The translations under genes and the position numbers were made by a program. Shown in pieces: positions 23,961 to 37,251 of a DNA stretch of 64,000 bases. The first letter of the stretch is position 1. Each line of letters begins with the position of its first letter. Source of the DNA: Penicillus capitatus (taxonomy: Eukaryota; Plantae; Chlorophyta); NCBI GenBank assembly GCA_965649825.1, contig OZ287701.1, forward strand, positions 1,411,659 to 1,475,658. Reading direction: 5' to 3'. A model generated the notes under the pieces. The model had not been told where the DNA came from, searched no databases, and saw nothing but the letters and a program-made list of their open reading frames with translations.

Positions 23961-24559
23961 ACACCGTGGTCAAGAGCACGAAATGCTTCAAGAAGGTTAA
24001 AAAACCTTCCCGGTCGAGATAGGAGAATTTGGCTCTGTCAGTCTGAAGGTCTTCGCATCAAGTCTTGTCACACAAAATCTGCTTTATCAAATCCACCTAG
24101 CATCATGACACTATCTGCATCCATTCGTGAGGATAGCAAGTATGAGCACAGCCAAATTTCCTGCGTGATAGAGCTACTTTACAATTCAAACATCTATTAT
24201 CTGTTGTGGCCTATGTGTGATATTTCGTACCGTTGACACAGGGTCTTGATAAGGACCGACGATGTTTCTCGCTCCATTTCTTATCCTAGAACTGCGTCAT
24301 TTGTTAGTTTTCTTTTTTCTTTCTTGGACTACGTTGCTTTCATTGAAACGCATATTTATATCTAATTTAGTTGGATACGTATACTGCTTAAGTTGAATGA
24401 ACGTTGTACACATTATAAGATTACCATCAACGCTCCAATGCGGAACGTCGTCGTCCCCATGTGCACCGATTCGTCATCATTCTAATCTTGTTTGACACAA
24501 CAAGCATTTTTATGCCTATAAGATCTTTTTGTATAGATTTATTTAAGACGTTGCCCTTA

Positions 24560-25210
24560 CAGCTGATATACACCGAATGTGTGTCTCTTGCGACATTCTT
24601 CCATTGCCTCGGGGGCAAAATCTTATGTTCAACCTGGACTGCACAATACTGTAACGTTTGACCGCTGCGTATGCACGGATTAGACGCTGTCCGGAGGAAG
24701 GAATTCTCGAACGGTTGAACTCCAGGCTTTTACGGGACACTGGTTTCCAAACCTGCTCATTGGCGTGTTGAAGAACACCACAGAAAATGGATCTAGGTTT
24801 TCCAATGTAATTTCGAAACGGCATTCGCCAATTGTACTGACTTTTAACCCTGATACCGCAATGTAAGGGATCCCCATTTGTCCATCACACAGTGCAGCAC
24901 CCTACCTTCTTTCGCCTATGTTCTCCTGCGAACTGATTTGTCAATGGCATTCGCCATGCTTAATGCCTTGCAGAGCGTCTCCTTTGTGAGCAGGAAATCT
25001 GTGCAGAAGCTTGATGCGAAATGTCAACAATCGATTCCAAAAGAGTGAGTCCTGCTCTTTGAGAAAGCAGTAAGTAGGCTGATTGCCGCGTCATACTTTG
25101 GCAGACTGACATTCTTGCTGCCTTTCATGCCGTCATGACACCTCTACTCAATCTTCCAACGTCTCGGGAGGTAGCCTTCCAATAGAATGCTTCGTCGCGG
25201 CGCAATGTCC
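24560..25210 (-). mobile_element. Highly decayed coding relic, possibly a DDE (hAT-like) transposase
   Basis: One minus-strand frame with several stops (KETLCKALSMANAIDKSVRRRT*AKEGRVLHCVMDKWG, then frameshift to IPYIAVSG) loosely resembles the hAT first-Asp region. AT-rich flank. Confidence 0.2.
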
Positions 25211-26110
25211 GACAACGTCTAATCCGAAGCTCTTCGTTTCGATTCTTTTTTAATCTCTCTTGCTGAAACTAAGGCTGTGAAAGGAAGAGTAGTTGCCAGA
25301 GAGTTGCCGTCTATACAACGCAATCGATTGTGCCGGACACCGGCAGGATGGATGGCAGAAAGTCCATGCAGAGCAGTAGACATGTCATGTCTCGCCGTGG
25401 CTGCGAAGATGGTAGATGAAAGAAGTGGGCAGTAGTCATGCTGTACAGAGAGATGAGATACGCCAACTGTGTACTGCTGGAGTTGGGATCGACGATCGCC
25501 CAATCGACACGACATCACACTGTCGGCAGCTCCAATTGAGTTGATTAGACCTGGAGATCGGCTCTTTGCACTGCACAACGCAGAACCGAGAGGAGAAAGA
25601 CTGTGTAAGTACATACATCCTCATGCCTACCTCCTCAGAGCAGACAGCATTAGGTTGATAGTGATCCATCTCATTTCTCTGCATGCTCATCATGCATTCC
25701 TCGCAGATGAGATCAGGAAGAAGGACACCGACGAAACGGCGACTTCCAAGGAAAGTATCCTTTAAAAGATGATGGACGGAACTTGAAGTGTCTCGACTTC
25801 AACCGCCGCACAGTGGCTTGGAATGTCATGTCCAACGTCGGTAAGTCTGGGGAGAGATGTCGAGAGGACGATGGTCTGTGAATTAAGGTCGCCTGTATTC
25901 CGACAGAGTCGAAGGCATTCTCACACTTTCAATTGCCTCCCAAGTACATTGCGCCGACAAATATTCAACACTTCATTTAGAAGCCGGTCTGTTTGATTTT
26001 ACTTTCTTGTGCTCGTACACATATGTATCGATCCAACGAAAGAGATTGCTTGTTTTCTATGGGCCGTCGTTTGTGACTATTTTGCTGGAATGACCATCGA
26101 TTCCCACAAG

Positions 26111-27800
26111 TTAAATCCCTTTCTTCGTGTCTTCGCAGAGCGCCATTTCATCTTTTGCCCTGACGGAGACATCTGGCGCCGTCGTATCTTCGATTGGGAT
26201 CACACGATCATCATCCATTTCGGCAGCTTCAGCAGAATCCTCGTCCGTCGATTCCTGAGAAGAGATATCTTCTGTCTCGAAATACCTCCGCAATTGCCAG
26301 GAGGCCGTGCGCTTTATCCAACGCTCATCGTGATCTGCCAACATGATAAGTTTATGTTTGCCTCCGGCGTTGCAGATGCGTGGGCCACTCCGTATTGAAA
26401 CAACCGGAACTGATGCGTTGATGCTCGACACGCACACCTTTTTCTCTTTCTTAGAGGACGTATCGGCACGGTAGGACTCGCCAACCGTCGAGAGGTTGTA
26501 AAATTTTTGTGCGCTGGGTCTGCTGCTCACCGTTAAGACCTACATACCGAGCACCATATGATACGCATCATCATTCTCCAACGATGTCGGACCTTCTCAA
26601 GTGCTTCCGGTACACTGATCACCGTCTTGGTTTCTTGCCTTGTGAACATCGCACAGAGCACGCGGATAGTATCTGCTCCAATCAAATCACCCAAACCTAC
26701 CAGCGGTAGATCACCAGTGGCAGATCTGTAACACAGAACACGTTTATCAGCACAGCGCTGGTTTCGATCTTGGTATTATATGTGCCGTAGATGACCGGCT
26801 CCATGATCTCGGGTACGATACCAGAGGAGATGATTTTGTTCACCTTTAGTTCACCTGCCACCCGCATGGCACGAAGCAGTCAACATGGTCGAGTGAGGAA
26901 GGATCGGGACAGACCACTCGATATCTGTTGGCTGTGATGTTTTGTAGCGTTTTAAGAATACTGGACATCGTTTTCTTGTTGATGCGAGACCCGATCAATT
27001 TCTCGAGCTTTGGTAGAGTGCCATCCGTCGATACAAACTCTAGTATATAGCTTTCAGGTCCAGACGGCAGTTGGGCACAAGCTTTGGACATTGAATAGTA
27101 CAATGTCTGTCGTTCCGTGTAGCTAAACATCAAACGCAACGCCATCTCTTGAGTGATCCACGGAAGGCGAGTGGCATGCGTACACGAGTGCATCTGCCGG
27201 GAGCTTCAGGACACCACACTGTACCGAAATCTGTTTCGTTCGCAGCAGGTTCCACTCCTCCGTCGTGAAAAATGCGATGGCCCATGCAGCTTCGCTGAGA
27301 ACTTGACGATATCCATGCTTCATCAGTGTACAGAGCTGCTTGCCGATGCGAGTAATGTAGTCTTAAGATGCACAGGTATCCGTCCAAACCATTCACAGAA
27401 CAAAGCGAAGGGTGACAGATGCAAGCCCCGATGGCTTCTGAGCCGTATCTGCAAAAATTCGCCAGTGCCCAAGTCGAAATGCGTTTCAAACATAGATCGC
27501 CTCTGTTCACCATCTCTAACGCATGCAAAACCATATCGAGTGCTCCTTCCTCCACCAGCGCCTTTAAGAAACTTTTCTACTGCCATATTCCCGATCGCCG
27601 ATAAGGCCTGAAAACAACGGCGACCAAAAAATCTCGCTCTCAGTGGATTGAGCCACAAACACAGACAGACCTTTTCTTTCAGATCCGCGTTGCTTCTAGA
27701 AATCAAGTTCATCAGCAGTGGTAGGGCACCGTTTTCGATGACAACCCGCGTTTCCTGGCACGAACCGGCAGAGATGTTTGCCAATGCCCAGCCGCCTCCA
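26111..27800 (-). pseudogene. Importin-alpha (karyopherin alpha)-like ARM-repeat gene, frameshifted
   Basis: Contains VEAA/WALANISAGS (1-nt deletion at about 27790), ALSAIGNMA, STWALANFCR, LSEAAWAIAF and a C-terminal LADHDERWIKRTASWQLRRYF followed by an acidic tail. A second frameshift lies at about 27565. Confidence 0.78.
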
Positions 27801-28401
27801 CCTACACAGACCACCCACCTGTCACATCATCTCCTTCGAAAAAACAACGACCCCTCACTTGCAAGCTTTCACTGTCATCTGCCCTCAGAGCTTACACAAA
27901 GTAAGGCACGTGTCCTATGATAATGATGTTCTGCACATGGGGGTTAATATCTGCATCGTCAGTCGCACACCCCGTGCCTCATCTGATGAATTTACGAAAC
28001 GATCCACACATTCACAGCACAGCTTTCTGTAATACTGTATTCCAATGAGATGTGTTTTCCTGTCGCTACTGTTTTTGGCAAAGGTCGCGAGGTCGGCCTC
28101 TTTTATCGATTTTATTAGTGATCTGTCTTTGACGCAGAGCTAATTCGGCCAGTGATGATGCCTTTCAGACGTATCCGAGCTGCAATGCGGCACGTACTTG
28201 CATTCCGTCGAGTCCCTTAATGCCCGCGCCTCGACCTACACCTCGAGACGCTTCCTTCTGTCTTCGAATTCGCGACACTTCGGCATAACGACGATGATTG
28301 TGAACGCGGAGATAATACGCGGGACGGCAAAGGGCATGCTGCTCAATGTAAAAGATGTCGAGCATGCTTCATGGAATGTGTCGGAACGCGCGAGGTGTAT
28401 A

Positions 28402-29140
28402 CGGTTCGGACATTATCCCGATCACACGCCTACATGCGTCCCGTCCGACAGAGATTCGTTTCCACTTCATCGGCAATCGACAGCACATTTTATCTCTTCG
28501 GCAATGCCGCCACTTTAGCCAGATATCCTTTATCGGGCACCGCGACGTCCGCTTCACCATTGATCGGCTCCAGCATAAACGCAGCGATGCGGAGATTCGA
28601 TTGGAATTTGGCTTCCAGTTATGCGATATCGTTGAAAGGGATGGTTTCGAATCCAGGCATGAAGGGACCTGTCGTGATATCCCTGCATCATCCCTAGGCA
28701 TAGATGGTGGGTGCCATACCGTAGTCCATGTAGCATGTCGGATTCGTTGGGGAACAGATGGCTGAGAGGATACGGTTCCGGAATCATTTCTCGGCAGAGA
28801 GGACCACTGCTTTGTTCGGCGGGATGCCTTTCGCACGGTATCTCATCGCCTGTGCTATTCCGAGTCCACATGTATTGCCTACCGTATGCGTCATGTGACA
28901 ACCGTGCTAGTTTGGCAGCCATCTCGCCTCCTTCGACGCCGGTATTCATCGACGGGAATTTATCATAGTCTGACACGCGATGCACGAACTCCTCATACTC
29001 TCTCAGTACATTTACGCCGAGTCACATCATGTCACCTCAAAGAGAGACCGAAGGCTGCATTCGTAACATATGTAGAATGCTTGGGATTGGGAGGTCAGCG
29101 TCAGTTTCTGCGCTTGTGGTACCAGTGCCTCGACAATCTG
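28402..29140 (-). pseudogene. OAT: Ornithine aminotransferase, unprocessed pseudogene fragment
   Basis: Contains QIVEALVPQAQKLTLTS, MNTGVEGGEMAAKLAR, GPFMPGFETIPFND, AAFMLEPINGEA and IADEVETNLCRTG. It has four in-frame stops and a retained intron. The PLP-lysine region was not found downstream. Confidence 0.9.
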
Positions 29141-30918
29141 TCAAGCGCTGAAGTGATAGGACAGCTCTCGGAGATGGCATCACGTATGAAGTGCACGTAC
29201 TCTTAAATGACAGTGTCTTTAATGAGGGCCGTGTAGCTGCTCGGACATTCGTCGTACCTCTTTACATCAACAATTCCAGACAAAAACACCGCGACCTCTT
29301 TCCAGCACGACGGACAGGGGTTCGTAGCCGTGCGCACTGAAAATCTCTTCGCAGTCGATCACCTTCATCCACCATCATCCAACTCCAGGCTCTCCGTCTG
29401 TTCAATTTCGCACCTTTTGTGGCGCATCGGACAGTGCCGTGGATATCGAAGGGAGGAGTCGTCTGCCGTAAGAAAGAACGCAAGGAAGGCGCCTTGATCG
29501 TATTAAGCCTTGCGTCTACATCGAAAAGCGAAGTGGTGACTGTCTCTCTGGTGGAGACTTGACTCGACGTGTTGATCAAAGGAGAGAACGACACAGAACA
29601 ATCCTGATCTCTTCTTCGCCAAGATGAAATGCCCTCTTCCGTCACAGAAAGCGTGTGGCCTTCTTTATGACTTCGCACGCCTTTTAGAAAGTCGCATCTG
29701 TTTGCGGACGCGGAACAATTGAAAGAGGTCGGCCCTCGGTTTTGTGTAACTGGCCTATCAGGCGGTATCTCTTTTCTGCCTCGCCGACTAGGTGAGAAGC
29801 GATGACTCCACCGACGTCGTCCTCGCAGTTACTAAGAATCGGCGAGCGAAAGGAAACGTCCCTTTCTCCAGTTGGATAGAGTCGACGGAATAACGTTCAT
29901 TCCGCTCAGACAGGGCTCAGGATGTGACGGAGAAGGAAACAGCGAAGATCGACCGTACGACGTTGCAGAATGGTATCATCTAAGCGCCGCCTCTGAGCTG
30001 AAAGTCTGGCAGGTTGTTCTGTGAACGTACGCATGCGTTTTGATTCCTGACGCATCGCGTCATGCTTCTCTGCCAAAGAAAAGATGCTCGAGGGCGTGTT
30101 ACAAGCTCGAACTCTCTGCTCGTGTCTTGTGTCAAAACCCTCGTACACTTTGAGAAAGCGGCCTAGATCTCGTTCGTTTACTGCTAAGTGCCACGGTGCT
30201 CGTCTGATTCTGTGATGAGTACAGCCACAAACGACAGCAGAAAGTGAAGTCCGGTAGGAAGCCGAGTGCCTCTCGTGGCGACTGCGGTGCCAAGAAAAGA
30301 CGACATCACAACCACACCGATCATCCAAGTAACTAACTGCCCGATGATGTTCCTTATTGGGAATTGCCGGCTGAAACAAATGATGCTAATCCTTGACTGA
30401 GGGCCGCCAAGAAAACAGCACTGTGATGAGCATCTCTCTGTCTAATGTGAAAGACGACATACATGTCTTGTTGATTTTGCACCTTTGAATCTCTAAGAAG
30501 AGCTGAGTGCCGTTCTGCAGTTGCCAGGGGTTTTCAGTCTGAGATGTTATTGTCTGATGACTGTGCATTGTCTGGCATAAATGGAGTCTGAATTCGTTGA
30601 GATGTCCATGCCCAAAGGCAGTGGACAAATTAGAATTTAGGACATTCATTAGTGGAGATGACGGCAGGAGAATGTGCTTTCATCGACTGCACCGTTTCCT
30701 GTCGTCATGAAAAAGGTTCTGCCAAATGCAGACGGACATGCACGGTTTGCGCGATGTCTTCCGACTTCGCTCTTCCTCAAATCCTGCTCAGCACTCATCT
30801 TAGCCCTGCTACAGATGCATTTGTTGATGGACTTAAATGACTGTAATGCTTCGAATAGCCTAACTCGCAATAACTGACCCAGTGTCCGCTTCGCGCCACG
30901 AGAGCCTGCTGCGAAACG

Positions 30919-33900
30919 ATGCGCGCCATACTCGCTTTTTCGTGTCTAGCCTTATCTTTGTCCGCAGTATGTCAACCCGACCCAATAGACACCGCTGAAG
31001 GTGTCCAAGAACACTGCCGAACTACATCCACCCTTTCACTTGCAACGCCTGCCAATGCAGTTCAGCGCGTTCGTCCTGCAACTGTACACGACTCCGAAGC
31101 CAACGCCAGACAACCTCCCGACAGGTCTGATATTGTCGACCCCTTCAACCGACGGGGCCATCCGTTAAGTCTCGAGGTCCGTTCTCTTGCCCTTCGTGTT
31201 GATTCCACAGAACGAATTCCATTCGAACAGGAAATGACAACGTCGAGAACTCTGCTACAAGAACAGGACGCTTTGGAGCAACAAGGTGACAGTTCCATTC
31301 ACATACATATCCTCTCTCAGAATAAAGGTGTTACGCAGGATCGGGGTGCTTCTTGCCTCGGTCTCAAATCGAAAGCTTCCTCGATGTGGAGACCCGCGAG
31401 TGGAGAGTGGATGAAGCAGTTTTCGACGAAATCGGAAATGACTTACAAACGATCATCGATTGCAGCGATAGAGATGACGCGATTCTTCTGGACGTGCCAG
31501 AGATTCGTCTTAAGAACCGCCTTGTGATCGCGCTCCCAATCACAATCAATGGTTCCACCGAGAATGCAAAGTCCGACGCTAAAAGAGCTCGATCCATATC
31601 TGCCAAGACGGTCTTCAGATGCCCTGAAAATCAGGGGTCTTTTCTGCTGAGGTGAGTGATATCTTACACGATAGCATTCTCACGCAACCTCTCTGCGACA
31701 TAGGACGTCGACTGTCCTTCTGGCAAACCTAGAGTTCGTGGATTGCACGCTGGACTCGACCTCTCCGTCACAGGCGATCATAGAAGCAGAAGAGTGCCTC
31801 TCAGCCGAGCATTCCGGATCGCTCAGTCTACGTCACATCAGTTTCCGTAGGAACATACTCGAAGCATCTGTCGCTGTCATGGTGCCTGTTCCTACCTGCT
31901 CTTCGTTAGAGATGGTGGACGTGACCTTTGCAAGAAATAGGTGTTTCGGAGATTTCTGTGCAGCATCCCTCGCTACCAACAATACCTTACGAGAAGTCAT
32001 TCTCAGGGGCAATACTCAGACGGTTGATGGAGGAAACACTCCTGCTCTACTTTACGCACCTCGAGGCTCCACAACTGTCATGGAGTACGTTGCAGCATCT
32101 GAAAACTCTGGATGCTGTTTTCTCGTCCAAGAAGGGTCGCTGGTTCTGACAAATGGATCTTTCTTTCGGAACGATGCGAGCTCGACGAACAACAGTGCCT
32201 GTCTTCACACCATCAGCTCTAATGTGTCCGTCGACAATTGTCAGTTCGAGGAAAACCGAGCGCGATACGGCGCTGCTCTGTTCGGAACAAACTCAAGTGT
32301 ACGTTTGGCCAGTTCGGTACTGGAGAAGAACAACGGATCAGACGGTGGTGCTCTGCACCTGAGCACTGGGTCAGCTGTGGATATGAAGGAGTGCATCTTC
32401 TCGCTCAATCATGCAATGCAGAATGGAGGTGGCATTTGGGCAAGCGCTTCCACCGTTGTCGGAGACACTATCGTCTTCGATAACAACACCGCTGATGCTA
32501 ACGGAGCTGGCTTCTACTGCAAAGAACAAAGCGTTCTGGTGATGAGCAACTGTGAGTTTTCTCTCAACAGAGCTCCATTCGGCGGTGCTATGGAATTCGA
32601 AACGAAGTCAGCGGGTCTCCTCAGAGGCTGTTCGTTTTCGGAGAACAGTGCCGCCAGAAGCGGAGGTGTTAGCTATGTCGAAGCCTCGACAGTCGTTGCA
32701 GTTCATTGCACCTTTGCGGATAACAATGCAACCTTTGGTGCCTCATTCTATTGCACATCCTCTTCACTCGCTGTCAACAGCTCATCCTTTCAAGGCGGAA
32801 GAGCCGCCGAGACTGGAGGAGGTATTCACGCCGAAGTCGACAGCTCTGTGTTGGTCCTCAACACAACGTTTGTGGACAACAGTGCTGTATACTACGGCGG
32901 AGCTGTTTACCTCGAATCAACGAGTGCGCAAGTTTCTGGATCCATCATCGAATCAAACGAAGCAGGTACAACAGGAGGAGGACTCTATGCCCGAAGGAGT
33001 GATGTCAGACTTTCGGAATCTGGACTTTCAGACAACAGAGCTCGTTGGGGAGCAGCTACGGGATTCGAGAACTCCACGTGCAATTTAGAAGACTGTATGT
33101 TTTCGAGTAACAGTGCAGAGAGAAGTGGAGGGGCGAGCTATATCGAAGAATTGTCGAAAGTGAGCATTGATGGCTCCACATTCTCCAAAAACAGCGCATC
33201 CTTTGGAGGAGCACTTTACTGTCAAGTCTCAACACTCACCGTCGACGATTCAGTTTTTGAAGACGGAAAAGCGGCCGAAACAGGAGGATGTATTCACGCA
33301 AGAAGGAAAAGTCGCATAACATTCTTGAACACGAAGATGCTGGAGAACAAGGCCGATGACAGTGGAGGCGCTGTTTTCGCAACACAGTCCTCTTCCTTCC
33401 TTTGCTCTGGCTGTCATTTTGAGAAGAACCGTGCACGTAACTTTGGTGGTGCCGCCAGCCTCGTTTCCCAAGAAAGTCAGTCACAAGTATTCCAATTTGA
33501 TCGCTGCACGATCGCCAACAACAATGCTGATTTTGGAGGTAAGGCTAACTGTTAAGAATAGATACCTGCCTCAATGCGTCTTCGCAGGCGGAATCTATTT
33601 CCGGAGTGAAGATGAAACTATTGACTGCGGTCGTCCAAATGCAAACTGTATATCCTTGGCAGTGGTCGAGACGGATATCGTCAACAACCGAGCTGTGTCC
33701 ACTGGTGGTGGCATATATACCGGAGATCCCAAGGCAGTGCGTTTCAGCTGCCAGCGTCTGCGAAAACGGAACTCGACAAGCTACTTTACTCGACAACAGT
33801 TTGGTTCGATGGAAACGCTTCGCTCTCTTGATGCTCTATGTCCTGAATGGAAGGGGAATTCAGCTGATGTGTCCGGTAATGCGATTGCAGCAGGTGCTGC

Positions 33901-36283
33901 TACAGTCAAAAAGTGGATCTATGATAAAAGAGAAAACAGAATGGTAGAAATCAACGGTCGTCGCCACACCGTGCGCAACCATTGGAGCAACAATCCACTC
34001 CCTCTGATCCAGATGGAAGTCCTTGACGAGTTCGGACAAGGCCCCGTCGTCGCTGTCGACGATCAAGTGCTCGTGGCTACAATGTCGTCGGATGACTTAC
34101 TCTTCTGTTCTCTGGAATCTCGTATGCCAAAAGGCACTGGCAACTTCACTGGAGTTGTCTTATTCAAGCCACCTGGAAACTATCGCGTGAGGATTGATTT
34201 CAACAGTGACACAGTGCCTTCAGTGGAACTGGTTATCCAGATTTCGAGCTGCACCCTGAACCAGGTTGTCTCAGAAAACGGAGATATCTGCCAGGATTGC
34301 GGTGATTCCTCGTACAATTTGCAGCCAGAAGAGCGACATCCAGGATGCGTTCCTTGCCCTGAGAACGCCAGGTGCGATGGCAAGGCTATCAGACCCACGA
34401 ATGGGTACTGGCATCAGACACCGTGCTCGGCACGCATTCAGAGATGTTTGACGCGAGATGCCTGCACTGAACCCGGCCGCGATGCTTCCTTGTATCGTAT
34501 GGGCGAAAGCCTCGAGAACTGCTCTTTCGACGAGGAGTACATCAAAAGCTACATGCAAATCCAGTGCGGAAAGGTAGGTCTGTCTCGAAGATCTGTTCGA
34601 CAACGATAGATTCCTTCCTCTCTATCCAGGGGTACTCCGGCGTGCTTTGTGGCTCGTGTGAGAATTCTTATGGCCTCGCGCGCTCTTTCAGATGCGAACC
34701 GTGCCGCGGAGTCGCCAGAAACATCTTCATCGCAACATGTTCAATGATCTGGGTGTTGCTTCTTGGCATCTTTGGCATTTGGATTAATCTTGAGACCGGT
34801 CAAACGACCAACACTACTCCTTCTGAGGGAGTAACGGCGCCAAACCTGTCTTCTGGGCCACAAGAAACATCAAACGCAGAACCTGCCCCTCCCCAGGAAG
34901 TAGGGATGACCGAAATACATTCAGTTGAGGATTCCCATGACGAACCAAGAAGAAGAATTTCTGGCGAAGAGACAGGAGATCAGACAGCAAAGAGGGAGTC
35001 CGAGCTCGAAAAGTGGAAAGCGGTGGAAATCTTCAAGGTAAGGGTCCCTCCTTGGAGAGAAATTGTTTCATGCAGCATGTGCGGTCAGATCACGCTTAAC
35101 CACATGCAAGTTCTTGCGATTGCTATCTCGTTTGACGTAAGGTGGACAGATGCATTGATTGTCATGTTCAAGGCCGCAGGTAATTCCTCGTCGTTTGTAT
35201 ATAATGAAGTGCGACTGTTTGTCTACGACAGAGTTTCTTGGAGGAATAACATCCGAAGCAACTGTGCGTTCAATCAACTGTTTGATAGCGGAAGGTTCTT
35301 CGACAAAAAGGTCAGCTCTACGTGTTGTCATATCTGCCTGCATTCCGGTCTTTATTTTCTGCATTTTTTTGAGTTTCTGGGTTGGTGTCATGATTAAAGC
35401 CAATAGAACGGTGACATATCTCATCAGGCGATGCTCAACAAGCCTCTTCGTTGTCGTTTACTTGACATACCTCGCCTTCACGAAAACGGCAATGGATGTG
35501 CACTCTTGCATAGATGTGCATGATGATTTTGATGTGCAGTTCGACGGTACAACAAAGTATTGGTCGGATGATACATCCCTTAAATGTCATGAAGGAACAC
35601 ACAGAGTCTTAGCCGCCACGATCGGGTGGCCTGTTCTCATCATAGTATCCATTGGATGTCCGATAGCGCTTGCTGTTTTCTTGTTGGTGGAAAGACAGAG
35701 AGATGTCTTGAAAGATGAGTGGCTCCTAGAGGCATGTGGATTCCTGCATCATTCCTACAGTCACAGATACGTTTTCTGGGAAGCGCTGATATTCTTGAGA
35801 AAGGCTCTTTTGGCTTCAATTGCTGTCTTTTCTTATTCGCTGGGAGGAAACCTGCAAGGTATCTTGGCCGTCATTGTTCTGATCTTCTTTTTGTATCTCC
35901 AGATTATCTGTCGTCCATTCAGAGAGGAATTCGACGAACTGAATGAGTTAGAAAGCTTTTCACTGCTTGTTTCGCTGCTCACCTTTGCAACGGGGTTGTT
36001 TCTTGACGATGACCATGCTTCTCAGCCGGTGCGCATTCTGCTCACTGCCTCTACATGTGTTTGCATGTTGGGCCTTCTTTTTTTCCTCTGCTTCTCGTTT
36101 CTTAATGTTGCTGCATCCTATGCGAAGAAAGCCCTGGTTCTGGAAGGAATTGCACATCGTCCTGATGGAGGGACTTGTCATGTCCTTTTTGTCTTCGTTC
36201 GAACGCATGCCCGTAGTTTTGATAACTTCTGCAGAAACATGATGCGATTTGCAAAGCGCAGTCGGCGACAAGAAGAACAGTAA
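30919..36283 (+). CDS. Second multi-exon beta-helix / Cys-rich / multi-pass TM receptor-like protein
   Basis: Signal peptide MRAILAFSCLALSLSAVC, more than 10 FxxNxAxxGG(A/G) repeats in 31738-33555, CPENARC and GYSGVLCGSC motifs, and a TM domain with FWEALIFLRKALLA. Same exon layout as 4815-10378. Confidence 0.88.
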
Positions 36284-36793
36284 CAGGTGTTGTCCTTGTA
36301 CCTACATCCTCCACGAGGTTGTTAAATTGCTGCTTTAAGAAGATATTGTGAAGAGTGCTTTCCACTCGATAGTGGAGAAACTCTTCAACACTTAGTTGCC
36401 TTCTTCTCTGGAAAAAGCGTACGATTTGATGTGTAACCCAAACAGGACTCTCTATCCTGGTGTATCAATGCGATGATGATGTGTAAGCTGTTGCAACACA
36501 CGCGGCACATACCCTGTTCGGTGTCGAAAAAGAGAGTCCCACATTCGCGTAGTAACTAAGACACGCTGCGCTGTGTTCTTGATTCCAGTGGCACTACAAT
36601 GCTACTCGGACAACGTCAGTGCAAAACCGAGGAAATCTGCCAATGGACTCCAAGAACAGCATTGGCATTCTATACATCGATCCGTGTTGTGTGTGTAATT
36701 CAGGCGATTATTACAAGTGTCTATCTGTTTCTGCAGTGCATGTACAGAAAAGACACATTAATAATGACAAAGCAATGAGAGAAAGATAGAACA

Positions 36794-37250
36794 TCAAGTA
36801 TGACCATTCTTTTCGGACCACAACACCAGTATCAATTTAACAAAGTCAAGTAGCCGATCTAAGTCATACTCAAGCAGTTCGTCAATATCATCAAAACGGG
36901 CATTCCCCAAGAGGAGTTGTCGGCGTTCTCTTAAAAATTCACATCTAAAGAAATGGCTTCTCGTTTCGTTTGAATCGGGACATAGACAAAATCGACAGAC
37001 CCTGCTAGTCTCTCGATTGAAACGCGAAAAGTATTCACGCGATCTCCAGTGGTCAAGAAGGAAATGACGGAGCTCAGAAGTATCATTTCGTTTCCGGGCT
37101 CTGAACCACTTGTAGGGTGGGTAGAACCCAATTTCTTTGAGTCCTCTGCATAGTGAAGATTGGTTCCAAATCCTCCGTTCTTCTACGTCACTGTACTTTT
37201 CCACGGCTTTCTTGAATTTTCTCATCTCTTTTCGATCGCTCAGACTCTCC
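36794..37250 (-). mobile_element. 5'-truncated non-LTR retrotransposon (LINE) ORF2 C-terminus
   Basis: C-terminal zinc knuckle CRFCLCPDSNETRSHFFRC (CxxC..ET..H...C) typical of LINE ORF2. Downstream there is a TGTAA signal and an (AC)-rich stretch near 36700. Confidence 0.7.
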
Positions 37251-37251
37251 G

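Noticed and set aside
29262-30870. Minus-strand ORFs of 138, 157 and 87 aa
   Set aside because: No motif, and they could not be tied to OAT or to each other with confidence.
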